NCBI GenBank assembly: GCA_903883965.1 | Contig: CAISCU010000035.1 | Span: 25,216 to 89,215 of the forward strand | Reading direction: 5' to 3' | DNA length: 64,000 bases | DNA from: an uncultured Bacteroidota bacterium | GTDB lineage: Bacteria; Bacteroidota; Bacteroidia; UKL13-3 | Part shown: positions 53,054-61,490 of the stretch, one piece after another | How positions within the stretch are numbered: position 1 is the stretch's first letter | Layout of the letters: each line of letters opens with the position of its first letter | The notes under the pieces: model-generated | Database searches by the model: none | Seen by the model: the letters and a program-made list of their open reading frames with translations, nothing else | What the model was told of the DNA's origin: nothing | Translations under genes and position numbers: made by a program

Positions 53054-53180
53054 GGTCTGTTAATTTGTGATGCAAATTACACAAAGTTCTAATTCTTGTG
53101 CTAGTTTATTTTGAATTTAAATCAGATCAATTGCCTGAATTGACTGCATTTTTCCAATTTTTATATTTAAAATTGCAGCA

Positions 53181-53903
53181 ATGGGTAAATGGTCTAAAGC
53201 AATCTTGAATAAATTAAAGCAACTGAAATCTTTTTTGTTGAAGGTGCTGCTTTTATGGTTTCAAGTGAGTTTGTTTTTTATCATCTTGTATAGAATAGCA
53301 CCGGTATACATTACCCCTTTACCTATTGTTCGTTTATTTGAACAAGCATTTGGAGATGATCCTATCAGATTAAAAAAAGACTGGGAACCAATTGAGAAAC
53401 TAGGAAAAAATATCAGTTTGGCCGCAATCACGTCTGAGGATCCTAAATTTTTCAAACATATAGGGTTTGATTTTGAACAAATTTGGGATTCCATTCACAA
53501 AAGTTTCAAAAAAGGTAAACGCCCAAGAGGTGCATCTACCATTAGCCAGCAAACTGCCAAGAACTTATTTTTTACTCCCAGTAGAAGCTGGATTCGAAAA
53601 ATATTAGAAGTATATGTGACAGCAAGTATTGAACTGTTATGGACAAAAAAAAGAATTCTAGAAGTGTATTTGAATATTATAGAAATGGGGAATGGAGTAT
53701 ATGGAGCGGAAGCGGCTGCTAACTTTTATTTTAGGAAACCGGCATCCAAACTCAAGCAAAGTGAAGCTGCAGTTATAGTAGCTTGTTTTCCAAATCCAAG
53801 AAGGTGGAAAGCTGATCAACCTACTAGGTATATTAAAAAGAAGCAAGCGGTGATTTCAAGGTTTATGTACCGCATTGGCAAATTACCCTGGGACCAAAAA
53901 TAA
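53181..53903 (+). CDS. mtgA: Monofunctional peptidoglycan transglycosylase
   Basis: SEDPKFFKH.GFD, RGASTISQQTAKNLF, RKILE and KKRILEVYLN motifs. Confidence 0.95.
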   Translation: MGKWSKAILNKLKQLKSFLLKVLLLWFQVSLFFIILYRIAPVYITPLPIVRLFEQAFGDDPIRLKKDWEPIEKLGKNISLAAITSEDPKFFKHIGFDFEQIWDSIHKSFKKGKRPRGASTISQQTAKNLFFTPSRSWIRKILEVYVTASIELLWTKKRILEVYLNIIEMGNGVYGAEAAANFYFRKPASKLKQSEAAVIVACFPNPRRWKADQPTRYIKKKQAVISRFMYRIGKLPWDQK

Positions 53904-55349
53904 TTACTTTTTAGGACGAATAATTCTGAACTCAACTTTTCGGTTCAATCCTTCGGTGCTCAAACGGTATTTTCTGATGTATGGATCTTTTTCAGCAAAA
54001 ACCAACATACGCCTGTCGTCTATTTCAAAAATCCGATACAATTTACGTTTAACTTCCAAGGCTCTTTTTTCTGACAAAGTTAATTGAGTTAAGTCTGGTT
54101 TGTTGTTATCTGAATGTCCAATGATTAGCAAAGAAGCGCTGGTATCAACAATCATGATACGAGCAATTTGCTGCAACAATCCATATTGTTCAACATGAAC
54201 TGTAAATCCATTTGGAGGGAAAACAATCGTTGGTAATCCATAATTACTCTCTGAAATAGTCACAAACTCTGTTCTTGGTATTGAATCGCTGAACTGTAAA
54301 ATATTGGCATTTTCATTTCCAACTTTCATGTCAGGAAAGTACAAGGCTAAAGATTTACTGAAACCATAAGGGTCCGAATCTTTTGAATCTGGAATGCCAT
54401 CATCGTCACTATCCAAAGTTTTTCCTTTGCTATCTACCTTGTAGCCCAATTTGGTATTTTTCTCAATGTCTATTGCATCTGGCACACCATCTTGGTCGCC
54501 ATCATTTTTTAACGAAGCCTCAGCATCTAGCTTGGCTTGCATTAAATCTTTGTATATTTTTTCTACTGGATTAGCCCATTCTAAATGACTCGGCTTTTTC
54601 TTACTTACAAAATTATAGGTGATACCTGCTGTAACATATCCATGCGCATCATTCAAAGGTGTGGTATTGTTTAAATCTAGCATGTCGTTCGTACCTATAT
54701 TGTATGATAGGTCTAGTCCAAAATCTAAGTTATTGCTCAGCTTTCTTTTGAAACCAACTTGCAGTGGTATAAAAAAAGAGGATCCTGTATTGCTAATTTT
54801 AATTGTATCGGGAATACCTTGAGCAGCACAAAAATCATTGAAAGAGGCGTGTTTTAAAAGTCCAGCACCTATACCAAAATTAAAACGGAAGCGGGGTTTA
54901 CTTTTTAGAAAATTAACATTGCCAATATTGAACACAGATTGCAAGCTATAAGATGCGATATCTGATTTGAAATAGCTCAAAGGATCAACAATACCATTGT
55001 ATGTTTGAGCCCCAGAAATACTGCCTTGAAGGTATTGAAATTTAATGCCTGTAAAATGTGAAACTGCATATTTAACAGAAAATCCGTAAGCCGGGTATGC
55101 GGCATCCATAGGAACTTCAGCAGAATAATAAGCCACTCCTAAATGAACACCAGCAGACAATCTTGAAAATTGTTGATAGGGAATAATTTCTGAAGTATCT
55201 CCTTGATTTTTGGAATAGACATTGTCGTTCCCAAGCACACTCATATCGGGTGATTTTAATTTTTCAAGGGGTTCTTTTGCCGGCTTTTCTTGGGCAAAAA
55301 CCAATTGAATTTGAATAAAAATTAGACCAAGTAAAGCTGCTATTCTCAT
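53904..55349 (-). CDS. OmpA-family outer-membrane protein (beta-barrel, TSP3-like DxDxDG repeats, OmpA-like C-domain)
   Basis: Signal peptide ending FAQ; DGDQDGVPD and DSDDDGIPD; GHSD..LSEKRA..NRKVEF. Confidence 0.85.
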   Translation of the reverse strand: MRIAALLGLIFIQIQLVFAQEKPAKEPLEKLKSPDMSVLGNDNVYSKNQGDTSEIIPYQQFSRLSAGVHLGVAYYSAEVPMDAAYPAYGFSVKYAVSHFTGIKFQYLQGSISGAQTYNGIVDPLSYFKSDIASYSLQSVFNIGNVNFLKSKPRFRFNFGIGAGLLKHASFNDFCAAQGIPDTIKISNTGSSFFIPLQVGFKRKLSNNLDFGLDLSYNIGTNDMLDLNNTTPLNDAHGYVTAGITYNFVSKKKPSHLEWANPVEKIYKDLMQAKLDAEASLKNDGDQDGVPDAIDIEKNTKLGYKVDSKGKTLDSDDDGIPDSKDSDPYGFSKSLALYFPDMKVGNENANILQFSDSIPRTEFVTISESNYGLPTIVFPPNGFTVHVEQYGLLQQIARIMIVDTSASLLIIGHSDNNKPDLTQLTLSEKRALEVKRKLYRIFEIDDRRMLVFAEKDPYIRKYRLSTEGLNRKVEFRIIRPKK

Positions 55350-55519
55350 GAAGCCGAGTGTTTACATTTTGTAGTAGCCAAATTACAAGATTAAACCCGA
55401 ACTAAAAATTGCAGCACAGGGCTTTATCTACACCAAATTGTGCATTGCAAGGCGAATTTCCCTTTTTGTAAACAGCCTAATTCTGAAATAAATAGGATTA
55501 ATTGGTTACTTTTGAAGCC

Positions 55520-55987
55520 ATGCAACTATTGCTCAATGATGTTAGATCTGCCTTGAACATAGGCTCTATTTTTAGAAGTTCAGATGCTTTTGCTGTAGAA
55601 AAAATATGGCTCACTGGTATTTGTGCATGCCCTCCCAACAAAGAAATCTTAAAAACTGCACTTGGTGCAACTCAAAGTGTCAGTTGGGAATATGTACAAG
55701 ACCCTTTGGCTGTAATTGAAAACTGTAAAGCAAAGGGATTTCAAATTTGTGCGGTTGAACAATCTACTAAGGCAGAAATGTTGCACAATTTTCAGTGTTC
55801 AACTACCGATAACCTTTTACTCATATTGGGGAATGAAGTAGAAGGCGTTGCTGCATCGCTTTTAGAAAAAAGTGACATACACCTTGAAATACCACAGTTT
55901 GGAGAAAAGAAATCTTTAAATGTTGCCGTAACTGCAGGAATAGTGCTGTGGCATTTAACCCAACTGAACTTAAGCAGTAAAAAATAA
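55520..55987 (+). CDS. TrmH/SpoU-family RNA methyltransferase
   Basis: DVRSALNIGSIFRS, LGNEVEGV and EIPQFGEKKSLNVAV motifs; start revised to ATG 55520. Confidence 0.92.
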   Translation: MQLLLNDVRSALNIGSIFRSSDAFAVEKIWLTGICACPPNKEILKTALGATQSVSWEYVQDPLAVIENCKAKGFQICAVEQSTKAEMLHNFQCSTTDNLLLILGNEVEGVAASLLEKSDIHLEIPQFGEKKSLNVAVTAGIVLWHLTQLNLSSKK

Positions 55988-57574
55988 CAAACAAGGATCA
56001 AAGGGGTCAATTTCATTGAGAATTGCCTCTTTTAAATCTGTACTTCTTGTTGCTTCATAACTGATTAACAAATCTGTTCTTTCTTGAAAGACCCCATTTG
56101 GATATAGTAATGATCTCAATTTTAACAATTTATCAAATTGTGACTTGAGCTTTTCTTTTCTGAGCACATTGAATTTCTTCAATAACAATTTGGAATCGGT
56201 TCGCTCTTTTAATTTAACTTGTAAGAGGTCTTTTGCAGATTGGTCGTTGAGTTTTAAAAAGGCATCGTATATGGTTTGCCAATTTTGGTCTATGATTTCT
56301 AATTCTTTTTCGAATCCTGGAAAATCTGATAACTTGTTAAACACCAATTCCAACTCTTGTATGGGTAAAATGAGCTGTGATAAATTCAGATTGAACTTCT
56401 TTACAGATTGAGCAAAGCCGTTGGGTACAAATGCTTGCATGTGGCGCAACACCAAAATAGGGTAAGACAATTTGTATGCATCAAAAATTGGTTTCAATTG
56501 CAACCAATAAGCAATTTCTGCTGGCCCTCCTATATATGCCAAATTGGGCAAAATGAGTTCTTGAAAAATAGGTCTTAAATTGACATTGGGACTGAATCTT
56601 TCTGGAAAATTTTCAATTAAATGGGTTAATTCTTGAGCAGTATAGTCTTTTTCATTTTCTGATAACTGAAACAAGTGATTGCTGTTTTGTTTGATTAAAA
56701 AACGCTTACCTGCTTCATTGATATAGAAAAAATTGAAAGGGCGCGCATTGATTTGCAAGTTGTATTGTTTGGCTAAAATTGTATCAGAATCTTTTTGAAT
56801 TTGAAAATGAAATTGTTCCAATAAATCTTTTTTGATAATGGGAATCAAGGCTTGCTTAAGTGTGGGCGAATTGGCATCTAGAATGACCAAACCAAATGCC
56901 GCATACAATTCATGGTAATACTTTAAAGTTGCAACTGCTAACTTAGTTCCGTTTTGATAGGCTCGTTTAATTTGAGACAACAATTCGTTTGCAAAAGCGT
57001 GTTGCGGAAATACTTTTGTTAGTTCTTCTATGAGCTGTTCTATTTTTTGAAGCATGAGTTCACCAACCGGGTTGGCATCATGAGTCAAATTCAAAGAAAT
57101 TGCATTGCCATTTATTTTTACTGTTTGAATCTCTTCAAAATCGTGGTCTTCAGAAGCAAGCCAAAATATAGGAATAACTGGTTCTGAAGGATTGGCTAAA
57201 CTCAGTGTTCTGGCCAGTTTAATGGCAGTTAAAATTTTGTAGGTTGTAAACAATGGACCTCCAAACAATACCAATTGATGCCCTGTACAAACAGTATACC
57301 CCTGAGGCTGGAGCAATGAATTGAGTTGCTCTTGAACCGAATGGTTGGCTGTTAACTCCAAATTAATTCCAGCATTTTGGTATTGATTGACAAGATGTGA
57401 GTGTAATTCAAGTCGCTGATTGGGAGAAAAATACTGACGTTGTTTTTTTAGTTCAGCATAACTAGCAGGCAAATTGGGTTGACTGTAAAAATGGCTCAGA
57501 TCCAGTTTTTGATTGAGATAATCAACGACAATTTCAGGTACTAATTGTGTTTGTTGAACCGGAATCCTTTCCAT
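55970..57574 (-). CDS. bshC: Bacillithiol biosynthesis cysteine-adding enzyme BshC
   Basis: TGHQ..LFGGPL...YK, FWLASEDHDFEEI, FSPNVNLRP, YIGGPAEIAYW and QER motifs. Confidence 0.93.
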   Translation of the reverse strand: MERIPVQQTQLVPEIVVDYLNQKLDLSHFYSQPNLPASYAELKKQRQYFSPNQRLELHSHLVNQYQNAGINLELTANHSVQEQLNSLLQPQGYTVCTGHQLVLFGGPLFTTYKILTAIKLARTLSLANPSEPVIPIFWLASEDHDFEEIQTVKINGNAISLNLTHDANPVGELMLQKIEQLIEELTKVFPQHAFANELLSQIKRAYQNGTKLAVATLKYYHELYAAFGLVILDANSPTLKQALIPIIKKDLLEQFHFQIQKDSDTILAKQYNLQINARPFNFFYINEAGKRFLIKQNSNHLFQLSENEKDYTAQELTHLIENFPERFSPNVNLRPIFQELILPNLAYIGGPAEIAYWLQLKPIFDAYKLSYPILVLRHMQAFVPNGFAQSVKKFNLNLSQLILPIQELELVFNKLSDFPGFEKELEIIDQNWQTIYDAFLKLNDQSAKDLLQVKLKERTDSKLLLKKFNVLRKEKLKSQFDKLLKLRSLLYPNGVFQERTDLLISYEATRSTDLKEAILNEIDPFDPCLLFFTA

Positions 57575-57576
57575 CT

Positions 57577-58890
57577 TTATTCAATTACAGAACCGTAAAG
57601 GTCAAAATCTTCAGCATGTTCTATTTTTACATTTGCAAAATCGCCAATGCGCAGGTACTGTTGTGTGGCCTTTACCAAAACTTCATTGTCAACCTCAGGA
57701 CTATCGGCTTCTGTTCTGCCTATAAAATAATCACCTTCTTTTCTGTCAAATAACACTTTATAGGTTTGACCAATTTTTGCTTGGTTAATTTTAGCTGAAA
57801 TTCCTTGTTGAATGTCCATGATAATGGCTGCTCTCTCTTCTTTTACTTCTTGAGAAATATTGTCTTCCAATGAACCTGCATGCGTACCTTCTTCATGGCT
57901 GTAAGTAAACACTCCCAATCTATCAAATCGGCTATCTTCTACAAAACGACACAAGGCCTCAAAATCGGCTTCAGTTTCGCCCGGATGTCCTACTATTAAA
58001 GAAGTTCTAATTGCTATACCCGGAACCTTTGTTCTGATTGTTTCAACCAATTCTCTCGTTCTTTTTTCAGTAATACCCCTGCGCATGATTTTGAGCATAT
58101 TGTCACTTACATGTTGCAATGGAATATCAATGTACTTGCAGATATTGTCATATTCTCGCATGACATCTAGTGCTTCTATTGGAAATTGAGAAGGATATGC
58201 ATAATGCAAGCGAATCCAATCAGCTCCAGATTCGGTTGCCATTCTTTTTAACAATTCAGGAAGCTTTCTTTCACCGTACAAGTCCAAACCATAATAAGTA
58301 CTGTCTTGAGCGATTAACAAAATTTCTTTGGTTCCATTTTTTACCAATCCTTTGCTTTCAATTGCAAGCTGTTCAAAAGATTTGGAAACATGTTTTCCTC
58401 TCATGATAGGAATTGCACAAAATGAACAAGGACGGTCACAACCTTCAGCTATTTTTAAATAAGCATAATGACTCGGGGTTGTTAATTGACGTTCACCTAT
58501 TAATTCATGCTTGTAATCAACACCAATTGCTTTTAACAATTGAGGCAAATGGGTAGTTCCGAAGTACTGATCCACTTCAGGAATTTCTTTTTCTAAATCT
58601 GGCTTGTAACGTTGTGACAAACATCCGGTCACAAATAATTGATCAATTTCTCCAGCTTGTTTGGCTTCGGCCCAACGGATAATGGTATTGATGCTTTCTT
58701 CTTTGGCATTGTCTATAAATCCACAGGTATTGATTACCACAATATTGGCATCATCTGATTGAGATTCATGAACTACATCAACCCCTCCTGCTTTTAATTG
58801 ACTGTATAATTCTTCACTGTCTACAATGTTCTTTGAACATCCCAGTGTAATGATATTGATTTTGTCTTGTTTGCTTGCTTTGGTTTTCAA
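57577..58890 (-). CDS. rimO: Ribosomal protein S12 methylthiotransferase
   Basis: LGCSKNIVDSE, NTCGFI, CDRPCSFC radical-SAM motif, TRAM domain; TTG start. Confidence 0.96.
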   Translation of the reverse strand: MKTKASKQDKINIITLGCSKNIVDSEELYSQLKAGGVDVVHESQSDDANIVVINTCGFIDNAKEESINTIIRWAEAKQAGEIDQLFVTGCLSQRYKPDLEKEIPEVDQYFGTTHLPQLLKAIGVDYKHELIGERQLTTPSHYAYLKIAEGCDRPCSFCAIPIMRGKHVSKSFEQLAIESKGLVKNGTKEILLIAQDSTYYGLDLYGERKLPELLKRMATESGADWIRLHYAYPSQFPIEALDVMREYDNICKYIDIPLQHVSDNMLKIMRRGITEKRTRELVETIRTKVPGIAIRTSLIVGHPGETEADFEALCRFVEDSRFDRLGVFTYSHEEGTHAGSLEDNISQEVKEERAAIIMDIQQGISAKINQAKIGQTYKVLFDRKEGDYFIGRTEADSPEVDNEVLVKATQQYLRIGDFANVKIEHAEDFDLYGSVIE

Positions 58891-58903
58891 ATGCTTTCGA
58901 TTT

Positions 58904-59857
58904 TTAGTTTTTAAATAACGAATCTACAAATTCAGCTTTATTGAACAATTGAAGGTCTTCAATTCCCTCTCCAACACCAATGTATTTTACTGGAATTTTA
59001 AATTGATCAGCAATTCCTAATACCACTCCACCTTTAGCGGTTCCATCTAATTTAGTCAGTGCGAGTGCGTTTACTTCTGTAGCAGCAACAAACTGTCGGG
59101 CTTGCTCAAACGCATTTTGACCAGTACTGGCATCTAAAACCAATAAGATTTCGTGAGGGGCATCGGGTTTTACTTTTGACATGACCCTTTTAATTTTACC
59201 CAATTCATTCATTAAACCAACCTTGTTGTGTAACCTTCCAGCGGTATCGATAATGACTACATCAGCATTGTTTTGAACTCCATATTGAATGGCATCAAAT
59301 GCAACTGATGCAGGATCAGTGTTCATGCCATGGGCTACCACATGTACATCATTTCGGCTCCCCCATATTTTCAATTGATCAACAGCAGCTGCTCTAAAAG
59401 TATCGGCCGCACCTAAAACAACTTTCTTACCCGCTTTTTTATATTGATAGGCCATTTTACCAATGGTGGTTGTTTTGCCAACTCCATTTACGCCAACAAC
59501 CATCACTACATAAGGAAAATGTCCATTTAAATTTTCAAAATCACCAGGTATATCCGCTTTGTTTTCGTCTAATAATTTGGCAATTTCATCTTTGAGTATT
59601 GTGTTGAGTTCTCCAGAACCAAGGTATTTATCTGTTGAAACCCTTGATTGTAATCTTTCAATTATTTTCAATGTAGTTTCAATTCCCACATCACTGGTTA
59701 CTAAAATTTCTTCCAGTTCGTCCAAAAAATCATCATCAACTTGTGATTTACCAATCAATGCTTTGCTGATTTTACCAAGCAATGAAGATTTGGTTTTTTC
59801 TAAACCTTGATCAAGCTTTTCTTTTTTTTCTTTACTGAAGAAACTGAATATTCCCAT
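58904..59857 (-). CDS. ftsY: Signal recognition particle receptor FtsY
   Basis: GVNGVGKTTT, DTFRAAA, DTAGR and TKLDGTAKGG motifs; start revised to ATG 59857 (MGIFSFF). Confidence 0.97.
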   Translation of the reverse strand: MGIFSFFSKEKKEKLDQGLEKTKSSLLGKISKALIGKSQVDDDFLDELEEILVTSDVGIETTLKIIERLQSRVSTDKYLGSGELNTILKDEIAKLLDENKADIPGDFENLNGHFPYVVMVVGVNGVGKTTTIGKMAYQYKKAGKKVVLGAADTFRAAAVDQLKIWGSRNDVHVVAHGMNTDPASVAFDAIQYGVQNNADVVIIDTAGRLHNKVGLMNELGKIKRVMSKVKPDAPHEILLVLDASTGQNAFEQARQFVAATEVNALALTKLDGTAKGGVVLGIADQFKIPVKYIGVGEGIEDLQLFNKAEFVDSLFKN

Positions 59858-59882
59858 ACTATTTGCTGATTCAATATAAAAC

Positions 59883-59914
59883 AAAAAAAGCATTCTGTAA
59901 AACCAGAATGCTTT
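59883..59914 (-). terminator. Intrinsic terminator between rpmB-rpmG-DUF4295 and ftsY
   Basis: Minus-strand GCAUUCUG-GUUUUA-CAGAAUGC followed by 7 U. Confidence 0.85.
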
Positions 59915-59934
59915 CTCTAAAACTTTTCAAATGC

Positions 59935-60084
59935 TTATTTTTTGAAGTGATTCTTCACTTCTTCATTTGAGATAATTTCTGATTTGAAGCTATATGAACC
60001 TTTAGCATTTTTAACTGCCCTGTACACTTTAGCAAAATCTTTACCGGCACCGGTTTTGAGTGTTGCAACTACCTTCTTAGCCAT
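59935..60084 (-). CDS. DUF4295 protein, Bacteroidota ribosomal protein bL38 (49 aa; not in ORF track)
   Basis: Hand translation MAKKVVATLKTGAGKDFAKVYRAVKNAKGSYSFKSEIISNEEVKNHFKK; conserved rpmB-rpmG-DUF4295-ftsY position. Confidence 0.9.
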   Translation of the reverse strand: MAKKVVATLKTGAGKDFAKVYRAVKNAKGSYSFKSEIISNEEVKNHFKK

Positions 60085-60091
60085 AACTTAA

Positions 60092-60274
60092 TTATTTAAT
60101 TTCTTTGTGAACTGTAACCTTTTTCATGATCGGGTTGAATTTTTTCAACTCGATTCTTTCTGTGGTATTTTTACGATTTTTGGTTGTAATATACCTAGAT
60201 GTACCTGATAAACCACTGGTTTTATGCTCAGTACATTCTAAAATCACTTGGATTCTATTGCCTTTTTTTGCCAT
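60092..60274 (-). CDS. rpmG: 50S ribosomal protein L33
   Basis: [32 protein letters not shown]...VHKEIK. Confidence 0.97.
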   Translation of the reverse strand: MAKKGNRIQVILECTEHKTSGLSGTSRYITTKNRKNTTERIELKKFNPIMKKVTVHKEIK

Positions 60275-60292
60275 TGTTTAATCTCCTCTGTA

Positions 60293-60523
60293 TTAGATTT
60301 GTCCGTTACGGATATAATCGTTCAGAACGGCAGTGATGCCTTTCTTGTTAATAGTTTTAATTGCCTTGGTAGATACTTTTAATACGATCCAACGGTCTTC
60401 TTCCGGGATGTAGAATTTTTTCTCCTGCAAATTTGGGTAGAATCTTCTTTTTGTCTTACGATTAGAGTGAGACACGTTGTTACCTACCATTGGACGCTTA
60501 CCTGTTAAATCACAAACTCTCAT
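60293..60523 (-). CDS. rpmB: 50S ribosomal protein L28
   Basis: [29 protein letters not shown]; start revised to ATG 60523. Confidence 0.97.
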   Translation of the reverse strand: MRVCDLTGKRPMVGNNVSHSNRKTKRRFYPNLQEKKFYIPEEDRWIVLKVSTKAIKTINKKGITAVLNDYIRNGQI

Positions 60524-60703
60524 GACTGTATAATTTCTTGAAAAGGACTGCAAATATCTGGGAAAATATTATAAAAGCAAGAAAAAATCTAAAAAAATAG
60601 TCAACGCGACATTTTTCGGTTGTCTGTCTGTTTAATTCTTTTCCAATGCTTTATACCAGAGCCAACAAAAATAACTAATTTTGGACAAAAATTAAATTTA
60701 TTT

Positions 60704-61483
60704 ATGACTTACCAGTTTATCATTGTTGAACCAACATTTCAAGACAAGGTTGCACTTATACGTTTAAACAGACCTAAAGAGCTCAACGCCTTAAACTTAC
60801 AACTCATGTTGGAGTTAAAAGAGGCATTGAAATCATTGGATCAGATGGATACTGTGAGCTGTATAATTATTACAGGAAATGAACAAGCCTTTGCTGCTGG
60901 AGCCGATATCAAACAAATGGAAAATAAAAATGCCATTGATTTACTACGCATAGACCAATTTGAAACATGGGATCAGATTAGAAAAACAAAAAAACCAGTC
61001 ATTGCTGCAGTAAACGGATTTGCACTTGGTGGTGGATGTGAATTGGCAATGACCTGTGATATGATAATAGCTGGGGAATCGGCAAAATTTGGCCAACCAG
61101 AAATTAAATTAGGTATTATGCCTGGAGCTGGTGGAACCCAAAGATTAACCAGGGCATTAGGCAAAGCAAAAGCCATGGAATTGGTGTTAACCGGTAGGTT
61201 TATTGGTGCACATGACGCCTGTGAAAGGGGTTTGATTAACCAAGTAGTCCCAGATGAATTGTGCTTAGACGAAGCTTTAAAATTGGCAAAAGAAATTGCC
61301 CAAATGAGCCCAGTTGCTCTCCAATTGGCAAAAGAAAGTGTATTGAAAGCCTTTGAAAGCGGTTTACAAGAAGGTTTATATTTTGAGCGTAAAAACTTTT
61401 ATATGTGTTTTGCTTCTGAAGATCAAAAAGAAGGCATGCAGGCTTTTGTTGAAAAAAGAAAACCTGAATTCAAAGGAAAATAA
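60704..61483 (+). CDS. Enoyl-CoA hydratase (crotonase, PaaF-like)
   Basis: LNRPKELNAL, FAAGADI, ALGGGCELA and FGQPEI..GIMPGAGGTQRL; start revised to ATG 60704 after the -7 element TAATTTTG at 60676-60683. Confidence 0.93.
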   Translation: MTYQFIIVEPTFQDKVALIRLNRPKELNALNLQLMLELKEALKSLDQMDTVSCIIITGNEQAFAAGADIKQMENKNAIDLLRIDQFETWDQIRKTKKPVIAAVNGFALGGGCELAMTCDMIIAGESAKFGQPEIKLGIMPGAGGTQRLTRALGKAKAMELVLTGRFIGAHDACERGLINQVVPDELCLDEALKLAKEIAQMSPVALQLAKESVLKAFESGLQEGLYFERKNFYMCFASEDQKEGMQAFVEKRKPEFKGK

Positions 61484-61490
61484 CTGTTAA

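Noticed and set aside
55350-55519. Possible sRNA in the OmpA/TrmH-like spacer (extra promoter-like AAAAATTG near 55404 and a short AAGG...CCTTTTT stem)
   Set aside because: The stem is weak and the motif degenerate; not distinguishable from chance.
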